Source of the DNA: Bdellovibrionales bacterium
GTDB taxonomy: Bacteria; Bdellovibrionota; Bdellovibrionia; Bdellovibrionales; UBA1609
Reading direction: 5' to 3'
Assembly: GCA_965205945.1 (NCBI GenBank)
Contig: CBDBIB010000001.1
Coordinates: forward strand, 64,525 to 128,524
DNA: 64,000 nucleotides
In this document: positions 49,200 to 57,667 of the stretch, in pieces
Layout of the letters: every line of letters begins with the position of its first letter
Numbering within the stretch: position 1 is the first letter of the stretch
Notes under the pieces: generated by a model
Databases searched by the model: none
The model's input: the letters and a program-made list of their open reading frames with translations, nothing else
Told to the model about the DNA's origin: nothing
Program-made: the position numbers and the translations under genes

Positions 49200-50759
49200 T
49201 CACGCACCTCTTTTTCTAAACCATAAAATAGCGGCAATAATTAGTAAAACTAAAGGAATTAATATTGGGAAAATTAATACAAAGGCAGAATTAGCAGTAG
49301 TCAGTACAAGTTTTGTATTTGTTGCAGTTCTTGGTCTAATAGAAATTAAATTTGTTTCACCTAAAAGATAGGCAAAGGTATTTAATGCTAAATCTTTATT
49401 AAAACCTATATCAAAATAAGTATCCGTCATAAAATCACTGTCCCCAAAAACAGCTACTAAAAACATAGGCTGCTCATCACCTTCTTCATGATCATCTTTA
49501 AAGGTTCCTGTTACAGTCATAGCTACAACTGCTGCTTCTGGTTTTTTACCCTTAACTTCTGTTTGGTAATTTTCTAGATTTTGTACTGGAATAATTATAG
49601 GAGGTGTTTTAACCATTTCACTAATTCTAAATTTTGAGTCTTCTTTTTTAAGGCTTGAAGCTTCATAAAAAAGAGTTATTGCATTTTCATCAATATCTTT
49701 AGTAATTAAATTAGAGCGATCAAACTCTTGTCCTAAGACAGACAAAGCATCTGCTCCAGTCACTGTCTGTGTTGCGAGTAAGAAATTTTTCTTACTTATT
49801 ATACCCACATCTTTAGAAAGTTCATTAAGGTTACTTTTTTGTGATGGATCTGATGCTAAAAGTAGTTTTCCTCCATGAGCTATATATTTTTTTAAACTTA
49901 AAATCTCTTTTTGAAGCAGTGCTTTTTTAGGTCCGAGTATTGCAACCATTGCAGCATCTTTTGGAACCTGTGAAAATTGAAGCAAGTTTAACTCTTTTAT
50001 AACAAGTCCTTTAGCCCTTAAAGAGTCCGCTAATAAAAAAACTCCATCTCCTTCTTGTAAAGGTTTTTTTAGATTTCTTTCACCATGTCCTGTTAAAAAA
50101 TAAACTTTTTTAGAATCTGTCTGTTTAAGTCTAAATAAAGCTGACGTTATAGTTTCCTCGCCCACAGGCTCCCTCACCCGTTCAATTCGCCCTCCTTGCT
50201 TTAAAAAAACAACAATCTTTCCTTGATCTTCTCTCTTTAAAACTTGAGATGATGTTGGATCTTTATGGGCGTCAACAAAGAAAGTTTTAATTTTTGAGCT
50301 TTCTCTTAAGTATTTTTTAAATAAAAGTTTAAGCCCTATATTTTGACCAGCATGTGCTTTTCCCTGATAATAAACTTTAAATTCAACATTTGTATCTAAA
50401 GAGTCTAAAATCTCTAAGCTTTGTAAGGATAAAGAGTTAATTTTATCCTTTGTAATATCCACAGATTTATCATAACGAAATGCAAAAAAGTTCGTACATA
50501 CATATAGGACAAAACCTAACAACATAAGTGTCCCCATATTCATTCCATATTTAGTTGTTCGCATTGAGAAAAACTCTAGTATTATTTTATAACTAAAAAC
50601 CATTGCTCCAAAAAATAACACCAATGCGGTAAAGAATAAATATTCAGAATAAATAATCCAATCATTTAAAAAAAGCCTTGGAACACCAATAATGATAAGA
50701 ATGAACCCACAAAAAAGAAATAGTCCTTTAGAGTAATTTTCTAATTTCATACAGCCCAC
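49200..50759 (-). CDS. GldG-like auxiliary component of an ABC-2 transporter
   Basis: 519 aa; N-terminal TM helices, a large periplasmic domain and a C-terminal TM segment. Follows the ABC-2 permease with no gap. Confidence 0.6.
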   Translation of the reverse strand: MGCMKLENYSKGLFLFCGFILIIIGVPRLFLNDWIIYSEYLFFTALVLFFGAMVFSYKIILEFFSMRTTKYGMNMGTLMLLGFVLYVCTNFFAFRYDKSVDITKDKINSLSLQSLEILDSLDTNVEFKVYYQGKAHAGQNIGLKLLFKKYLRESSKIKTFFVDAHKDPTSSQVLKREDQGKIVVFLKQGGRIERVREPVGEETITSALFRLKQTDSKKVYFLTGHGERNLKKPLQEGDGVFLLADSLRAKGLVIKELNLLQFSQVPKDAAMVAILGPKKALLQKEILSLKKYIAHGGKLLLASDPSQKSNLNELSKDVGIISKKNFLLATQTVTGADALSVLGQEFDRSNLITKDIDENAITLFYEASSLKKEDSKFRISEMVKTPPIIIPVQNLENYQTEVKGKKPEAAVVAMTVTGTFKDDHEEGDEQPMFLVAVFGDSDFMTDTYFDIGFNKDLALNTFAYLLGETNLISIRPRTATNTKLVLTTANSAFVLIFPILIPLVLLIIAAILWFRKRGA

Positions 50760-51518
50760 CTATCTCCATCTAGACGACTCAACTACTCTTTGAGTCAGAA
50801 AACAAAAAATACATATAGTTGATATAAAAAATATAATCCCGCTTGTTTCAATAGTTCCATTAAAAAAATCTTGAATATGTAAAACCATTGAAAGCTGTTC
50901 AACTAAAGATGACCAAAACGGATGTGTAATCGAACCTGATAATGATCCGGCTAACATAATTCCTAAAATCATCAACACCCCTAAAAACACAGCCATAATA
51001 CTTGAAGCCGTTAACGAAGAGGCAAATAAACCAATAGCACAATTTACCCCCATCATTAAAAACATTCCTAAATAACTACCGACTAAAGGCCCATAGTCAA
51101 AATTTGTAATCAAATCTATTGAAAGAGGGTATAAAAGAGCTAGAAAAAGAAGCATTGAAATAACTACCCATGAGGCTAAAAATTTTCCTATTACTATTTC
51201 TACAGATGTGATTGGTGCCGTTAACAAAAGATCTATTGTTTTTTCTTTTTTTTCTTCAGAAAAAAGCCTCATTGTAACTAACGGTGTTAAAAATAACATA
51301 ATTAAATACACTAGATTTAAATGCGCCATAAAAACACCCATATGAATATTCCCACCTCCACCCATAGCTGCTGGCATTGATGCTTTTTGGGCAAATGTAA
51401 ACATACCTGGTAAAAACCGTGCACTCAAAAATACAGTAAATATGAATGCTAATAAGTAAAACATCGAACTAGTAAAGTAGCTTTTCAATTCTTTTTTAAA
51501 AATTAATATAATCTTCAT
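50760..51518 (-). CDS. ABC-2 type transporter permease (GldF-like)
   Basis: 252 aa, six predicted hydrophobic segments, downstream of the ATPase. Confidence 0.75.
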   Translation of the reverse strand: MKIILIFKKELKSYFTSSMFYLLAFIFTVFLSARFLPGMFTFAQKASMPAAMGGGGNIHMGVFMAHLNLVYLIMLFLTPLVTMRLFSEEKKEKTIDLLLTAPITSVEIVIGKFLASWVVISMLLFLALLYPLSIDLITNFDYGPLVGSYLGMFLMMGVNCAIGLFASSLTASSIMAVFLGVLMILGIMLAGSLSGSITHPFWSSLVEQLSMVLHIQDFFNGTIETSGIIFFISTICIFCFLTQRVVESSRWR

Positions 51519-51533
51519 TTTTTTTAATCCTAT

Positions 51534-52454
51534 TTAATTTTTTGATGTCAATTCTAAGAAAATATCTTCAAGCCTTTCTGTAAAGACTTCCATGCCGATT
51601 AAACCCATTCCACTCTCAACTACTCTTAAAGAGAGCTCTTCTAAAGAATCATCCCCACCACTTAAATCCACATGAAGGTGCTGCCCTGCAAAGCTAGACA
51701 TTTTTACAAACTCTAACTCTTCTAAAACTTTTGAAAATTGATCCTTTACTCTTTGAACTTTAATTTTAACTCTTCTAACTCCTCCTGTTGTCCTTTGAGA
51801 AAGTGCTTGAAGACTATCTTGAGCCACAATACACCCTTCATTAATAATCACAACTCTTTGGCATAATGCTTGGACTTCAGAAAGAATGTGAGTTGATATA
51901 ATAATAGTATGTTTGCCCTTAAGTTCTTTTAATAATTCTCTAAAGTCTGCTGATTGACTTGGGTCTAAACCTACTGTGGGTTCATCTAAAATCAAAACTT
52001 CTGGATTTGAAACCACAGCCTGTGCTATTCCAACTCTTTGCCTAAACCCTTTTGAAAGATTTCCTATCACTCTATGTCTAACATCTAAAAGGTTTAAGCT
52101 GTCTAAAGCTTTATCCACCGAGGAAGAAAGGTTGTCTTTTTTAACACCACGAAGCTTAGCAACGAAAGCTAAATACCTTTCAACTTTCATATCCATATAT
52201 AAAGGGGGCTTTTCAGGAAGGTATCCAATTTGATTTTTTGCTAGTATTGGATTCTCAAAAATATCAACACCACCAATTTTAACTAAGCCTGAGGTTGGAG
52301 CCATAAAGCCTGTTAAAATTTTCATAGTTGTAGTTTTACCCGCTCCATTTGGTCCTAAAAACCCAACAACTTCACCAGCATTGACCTGAAAATTTAAATT
52401 TGTAATAGCAGAACGCTCGCCATAAAGCTTTGTTAAGCCCTTAACTTTTATCAT
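51534..52454 (-). CDS. ABC transporter ATP-binding protein (GldA-like)
   Basis: [21 protein letters not shown] and LILDEPT motifs. Confidence 0.9.
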   Translation of the reverse strand: MIKVKGLTKLYGERSAITNLNFQVNAGEVVGFLGPNGAGKTTTMKILTGFMAPTSGLVKIGGVDIFENPILAKNQIGYLPEKPPLYMDMKVERYLAFVAKLRGVKKDNLSSSVDKALDSLNLLDVRHRVIGNLSKGFRQRVGIAQAVVSNPEVLILDEPTVGLDPSQSADFRELLKELKGKHTIIISTHILSEVQALCQRVVIINEGCIVAQDSLQALSQRTTGGVRRVKIKVQRVKDQFSKVLEELEFVKMSSFAGQHLHVDLSGGDDSLEELSLRVVESGMGLIGMEVFTERLEDIFLELTSKN

Positions 52455-52606
52455 TTCTCACCTCACACATTAACAACAGTAGCAAAATTATAAAAGCCAA
52501 GTAGTTTTTATTGGCTTTTTTAAAATCAGCTTAATTTTATATTAAGATATTCTTCAGTCAACGAGCTTTATTAATGCATTTTTAGCAGTTGTGCTTAATA
52601 TCTAGA

Positions 52607-53821
52607 CTAATTTTTAATCTCCCATTCATAAAGCCTTGTCTTTATTCTACTTGGCTGAACCAAACCATTTTTTGCACTCTTAACAGATTTTACAAATTTA
52701 ACTTCTGTAAAAATAACTTCAAATTTCACCCTATTTACTGAATGGAGTTTTTTAGGTGCTGCAGTCTTAAATAAAAACAAGCCACATTGTTTAAGATCCT
52801 TTTCAGAAATTTTATAATTTTTAGGGATATCTAAAATCAAATGTCCTGAAGGGTAATCCTTTAAATGCATCCAAATATACCAAGATTTAGCCTTTCTTAA
52901 AAGCTCCATATTTTCTTTTGCTGATTTACCACAAAAAGCTCTAATCTCTTTTGAAATTTCTAAGAACCTTAACACCCTTGCTTTATCAGTCTTACTTTTT
53001 AAAATTTTTAAATTTTTTTTAACACTAGTTTTTTGTGCAAGCTCTATTAATCTTTTTTCAAGCCTCTTTATTTTAACATCTTTTAGTTTTTGCTGTTTAT
53101 AGCCCCATTCTATATTTTCTCGTAAGCTTAATTTTTTCTTATAAAGACCTTCTAAATCTCTTACAAGTTTAGTTTCATTTACCAAAAACTCTGAAAAACG
53201 CTTATAACCATCTGATCTTAAAAATTTTAATCCCTCTTTAATTTTCATCTTAGCAGTTGCAATTTTATCAATTTGCCTTTCTATCTGTACATCATCGTTT
53301 TTGACTCTTAGAAAATCTAAACCCTGCTTGATAATTACATCTGGACTTCTTATTGCCTTAGGAAAGTAATTCTCACTTAATTTAGAAAGAAGTAAGGGCT
53401 TAGCCCAGTAAACTTGTTTCCCTTTTTTAACTGCTGTTAGATTCAAACCACCTGGATAAGCTCTAAATTCAATATAAAATTCAGTACTATTATTAAAATA
53501 AAATCTTATAAGACGACCATATTCTTTAATACGTTGAATATTTGTAAGTGATGAGCCTTTAAAGTGTGTATGTAAGAATAAGTTTAAAGGTCTTTTCTTT
53601 GCTTTATTTAATAAAATTGTATTTAAAGGGGTCTCTTTTTTAAAGGCTAAAAAAAACGGTGTATTCAAAGAAAGATTAAACAACAACCATATAACACCCC
53701 TATCCCAAAACTTTAACACTATAATATCTCTTAAACCTAGAACAGTTTGAAACTCTGCTCCTTTTAAAAAAGAAACTGAATCTATCAAATAATCTAGTTC
53801 TGTTGTATTTAAAACTTTCAC
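52607..53821 (-). CDS. NFACT/DUF814-domain protein (RqcH/FbpA-related, short form)
   Basis: GTG start. The C-terminal WYIWMHLKDYPSGHLILDIP resembles the DUF814 (NFACT-R) motif, with a central coiled coil. Confidence 0.45.
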   Translation of the reverse strand: MKVLNTTELDYLIDSVSFLKGAEFQTVLGLRDIIVLKFWDRGVIWLLFNLSLNTPFFLAFKKETPLNTILLNKAKKRPLNLFLHTHFKGSSLTNIQRIKEYGRLIRFYFNNSTEFYIEFRAYPGGLNLTAVKKGKQVYWAKPLLLSKLSENYFPKAIRSPDVIIKQGLDFLRVKNDDVQIERQIDKIATAKMKIKEGLKFLRSDGYKRFSEFLVNETKLVRDLEGLYKKKLSLRENIEWGYKQQKLKDVKIKRLEKRLIELAQKTSVKKNLKILKSKTDKARVLRFLEISKEIRAFCGKSAKENMELLRKAKSWYIWMHLKDYPSGHLILDIPKNYKISEKDLKQCGLFLFKTAAPKKLHSVNRVKFEVIFTEVKFVKSVKSAKNGLVQPSRIKTRLYEWEIKN

Positions 53822-54143
53822 AGAGTTTATTTTATACGTTCAACGACCTAATGAGCAAGACTCAACATTGAATCCAAACTAGACTTATACTTACTCCATA
53901 TTGCTTATAAAGACGCCCAGCCTACATAAAGATTTTTTTTAGAAACTTAAGAAGAAACTAAAGAGCAAAAATCTTAAATAGTCTAGGTCAAAAATAAATT
54001 CATAGATTTTAACCTCTAGCTTTTAGTCAGAAATAACTTTGTCTCAAAACAAAACAACTAAGGGCTGTGCTTTCATAGGTGAAAAAGTGTCTCAAATTAA
54101 ACCGTCTTCTCAATTTAAGATCTTAATAAGCCGATAAAAATCA

Positions 54144-55055
54144 GTGAGTTCAAGAAAAAAAGAAAACACAGTATTAAAAAATAGTGAGGATTTTTCATCA
54201 AAGATTCTTAATAAAGAATTGCATCAAACATTAGACAATTCTAAGAACAATAGCGCTGAGGAATTTTTAAAAACTTTAAAATATGAAATGGAACAAGTTC
54301 AAACTCTAGAAAAAAAGAAAAAGAATAAGACTGATAAAATTTCTAAAAAATCTAAGACTCAGGAGTTTGATGATAAAACGACTGCTTTAAATAAAGAGGT
54401 GCAATCTACACAAGATTTTGAAAATGTGACCTCTTTAGAAAATGTAAAAGCCGGAGTTATTCAACACAGCATTCAACGAAACCCAGAAATTGACTTAAAA
54501 AATGCAGATTACATTAGATTTGCTCAAGAAAAAATCAAAAAACTTGAAAAAGAAATAAGTAATTTTAGAACTGAAACTCAAGATCTTGCGCTTGCAGGTG
54601 ATCACTTTAAAGCTTTAGCTGAAAAACGTGAGTTTTTAATAAAAAATGTGGAAATGAAAACTCAGACATTAGAGAGTACGTTTAAAGAGGAAAAAAAAAT
54701 CTTAAACGAGACTTTAAATGCAAAGGAAATTAAAATTAAATCTTTACAAAACAAAATAGAAAACCTTGAGGAGGAACTAGAATTTAAGTATAACAGACTT
54801 CGAGTTAGAGAAAGAGAGCTTGAAAGCAGACTTGAAATACTCAAACAAGAACAAGGTGCTGTGACAACGAGTAAAGATAATATGATTTTGAGGATAAAAA
54901 AACAAAACAATGCACTTTCTGCAGATTTAGAAAGAGCAAGATCACAGACTCAAAAAACATCAACAAAGCTTCAAGAAAAAGAAGATGCTTTAAGAAGAAC
55001 TATTAAGGCTTTAAAGCTTTCTTTAACTATGTTAGAAAGCCAAAAGCACAAATAG
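54144..55055 (+). CDS. Coiled-coil protein (303 aa)
   Basis: GTG start; highly charged, heptad-rich sequence. First gene of an apparent three-gene unit. Confidence 0.55.
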   Translation: MSSRKKENTVLKNSEDFSSKILNKELHQTLDNSKNNSAEEFLKTLKYEMEQVQTLEKKKKNKTDKISKKSKTQEFDDKTTALNKEVQSTQDFENVTSLENVKAGVIQHSIQRNPEIDLKNADYIRFAQEKIKKLEKEISNFRTETQDLALAGDHFKALAEKREFLIKNVEMKTQTLESTFKEEKKILNETLNAKEIKIKSLQNKIENLEEELEFKYNRLRVRERELESRLEILKQEQGAVTTSKDNMILRIKKQNNALSADLERARSQTQKTSTKLQEKEDALRRTIKALKLSLTMLESQKHK

Positions 55056-55089
55056 TAATTTAAAAACGATTAATGGAGTAAATCTATAA

Positions 55090-56181
55090 ATGGAAAATCT
55101 ATCAAAGGTTAAGCTTGTTGTAAGTGATCTCCATTTTGGGACAGGCTTGCAAAATGAGGATGGAACCCATAATACTCTTGAGGAATTTTATTTTGATGAA
55201 AAATTTTCGGAATTTTTAGAATATCAAGGAAGTACAAAGTTTAAAGATATTGAGGTAGAGCTTATATTAAATGGGGATATTTTTAATTTTTTACAAATAG
55301 ACTATAAGGGACACTTTGTTCCTGTGATCACAGAGGCCATGAACCTTGATATGTTAGATAGAATTGCTAAAGGACATCCAAAAATTTTTAAAGCTTTAAA
55401 AAGTTTCGCCTCCCTTAAAGGCAAATCAATTACATATATTACAGGAAATCATGATCAAGGAATTTTGTGGCCTAAAGTTCAAGATAAACTTAATGAGCTT
55501 TTAAAGACGCAAGTTAAATACTGTCAATTAGTTTATTACTTTGATGGAGTTCATATTGAACATGGCCATATGCATGAAACTGCAAATAGAATGAATCCTA
55601 AAAAGTTTTTCCTACGAAAAAACTTACCAGAGCCTATCTTAAACCTTCCTTTTGGATCACATTTTTTCATAGATTTTATTCTAAAGATTAAACAAACTTA
55701 TCCGCATATTGATAAGGCAAGACCTTTTAAAAAAATGATTCGATGGATGTTATTTAATGAAGCAATATTTTTATTTAAAAGTCTATTTCAAATGTTTAAG
55801 TACTTTTTTTTAAGTGCCTTTAGTTCAAAGACTTACAGGAATACTTGGTCTATTAAAACTTTAATAAAAATAATTTTAGAAAATGCAATTTTTCCAGATT
55901 TATCTGATAACGCAAGAAGCCTTTTAAAGGATGAGCGTGTTCATACGGTGATATTTGGCCACTCCCATGTATATCAATACAGACAGTGGGGTCAAGGTAA
56001 GGAGTATTTTAACACAGGAACTTGGACTGATATTGTTTCTCTGGATATAAGTCTTTGGGGCAAGATAACTAAACTTACTTATGTTGAAATTGGTTACAGG
56101 ATGGATAACTCTAGACCAAGGGGAAGACTTAGAGAATGGAGAGGACATCATCGTATTGAAGAAGACGTTATAATTTGCTAA
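55090..56181 (+). CDS. Calcineurin-like metallophosphoesterase with hydrophobic insert
   Basis: VSDLHFG, NGDIFNF, GNHD, HGHMHE and GHSH motifs in canonical order. Confidence 0.8.
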   Translation: MENLSKVKLVVSDLHFGTGLQNEDGTHNTLEEFYFDEKFSEFLEYQGSTKFKDIEVELILNGDIFNFLQIDYKGHFVPVITEAMNLDMLDRIAKGHPKIFKALKSFASLKGKSITYITGNHDQGILWPKVQDKLNELLKTQVKYCQLVYYFDGVHIEHGHMHETANRMNPKKFFLRKNLPEPILNLPFGSHFFIDFILKIKQTYPHIDKARPFKKMIRWMLFNEAIFLFKSLFQMFKYFFLSAFSSKTYRNTWSIKTLIKIILENAIFPDLSDNARSLLKDERVHTVIFGHSHVYQYRQWGQGKEYFNTGTWTDIVSLDISLWGKITKLTYVEIGYRMDNSRPRGRLREWRGHHRIEEDVIIC

Positions 56182-56234
56182 AAATCCTGCTTATTTAAGT
56201 TGATATCTAGAAAAAAAATAGTAGAATATTTTGC

Positions 56235-57155
56235 ATGTCTAATAGCAATGAAGATTTAGAAAAAACAAGCGTTTTAACAAGTGAAACTTTAAAAGTAATT
56301 TTAAATGATGCTAATAAAGCTCCTGCGACATTAGTTTTATTAGTAGGACCAGCAAGTAGTATTGGCAAGCAATGGCAGTTATCAGGAGAAAACTTAATAG
56401 TTGGGCGCTCTCCTAGTAATTCAATTTATATTGATGACAGGTCAGTTAGTAAATCACACGCAAAATTTGTTTTAACAGGAAACGATACTCTTATTATGGA
56501 CTTAGAATCTACGAATAAAACAATTATTAACTCCCAAGCAATACCACCTTTAATAACTGTGAAGCTTAAAAATAATGACCAAATAAAAGTAGGAAATGTT
56601 ATTTTTAAATTTTTAGAAAGAGGAAATATTGAGACTATTAGTGCTCAAAAATCCTTTGACAGATCTCAATTAGATGCTTTAACAGGGGCTTATGATAAAG
56701 GGGCTTTATTAGCTTATGCACCAGAAGCTATTAAAAGATCAGATCTTATAAATATGCCATTAAGTTTAATTATTTTTGATATCGATCATTTTAAAAAAGT
56801 GAATGATACTTACGGGCATGTATCAGGCGATTACATTCTTAAAGAAATTGCAAGACTTGTAAAAGATAAACTCATTAGAAGTGAGGATTTTTTTGCAAGA
56901 TTTGGTGGCGAGGAATTTGTTTTAGTCTTACTGGCAACTGATATTACTATTTCTGCAAGTATCGCTGAAAGAGTTAGAGCTACTATTGAGGCTTATACTT
57001 TTGATTTTGAAAAAATTAAAATACCCATAACAATTTCTGTTGGGGTGGCAGTTAGAAAGTCTAATGGAATAAGTTGGGATAAGCTTTTTGATAAAGCTGA
57101 TGCCGCTTTATATAAATCTAAAAACAGAGGTAGAAACCAAGTTTCAATTGGCTAG
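56235..57155 (+). CDS. FHA-GGDEF diguanylate cyclase (DgcB-like architecture)
   Basis: FHA-type block (LIVGRSPSNSIYIDDRSVSKSHAKF). GGDEF domain with an active GGEEF and an RSED I-site 5 residues upstream. Confidence 0.85.
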   Translation: MSNSNEDLEKTSVLTSETLKVILNDANKAPATLVLLVGPASSIGKQWQLSGENLIVGRSPSNSIYIDDRSVSKSHAKFVLTGNDTLIMDLESTNKTIINSQAIPPLITVKLKNNDQIKVGNVIFKFLERGNIETISAQKSFDRSQLDALTGAYDKGALLAYAPEAIKRSDLINMPLSLIIFDIDHFKKVNDTYGHVSGDYILKEIARLVKDKLIRSEDFFARFGGEEFVLVLLATDITISASIAERVRATIEAYTFDFEKIKIPITISVGVAVRKSNGISWDKLFDKADAALYKSKNRGRNQVSIG

Positions 57156-57243
57156 TATTAAAGTAGACTTATTGCTTAAGATACAATCTCATAAGTATGA
57201 AAATAAAGTTGATTTTAAAACCTAAACAAACTACACCCACCAA

Positions 57244-57654
57244 AGAACTTGTAAATTAAATTGTGTCACTGCTTAACAATGTACTAGGATTAAGCATCCT
57301 AAGGAGCAAGCAGAATGAACATAGAAGAAATAAGCAAAGAACTTACTAAGAACGTAAAAATACGACTCTTCTTAGCATAGGCGCAGCTACTATTACAGCC
57401 TCCAAAGGAGGAGACAATCGTTATGAAGCAATCAGTGATGACTATACACTCTTTATTGTTATATGTGCAACAACCGGATAAACATGAATATTTATATGTT
57501 AATAGCTGACTTTGCCCATTTTTCATAAAATTTGAGTTTAAGTCCTCTTAAATTTTTAAAATCCACTTCATCCTGATACCTGTGATTTTTAAATTCTCAA
57601 TTTTGAATTTTAAAAATCTTAAAAACCGCAGTCACACAAAATAAATTACAGACT
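57244..57654. repeat. MITE-like element, copy 2 (411 bp), degenerate left IR
   Basis: The left end gaacttgtaaattaaattgtgtcactgc and the right end acaaaataaattacagactc align with the ends of 39627-39890. It likewise sits in a convergent intergenic gap, ending 13 nt from the stop of the downstream minus-strand gene. Confidence 0.6.
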
Positions 57655-57667
57655 CAATTATAAATAG

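Noticed and set aside
57299-57526. 75-aa Cys-rich minus-strand ORF as a confident gene call
   Set aside because: There is no acceptable RBS near its ATG, and it is antisense to two small ORFs with consensus SD sites. It is kept only as an alternative reading in the findings.
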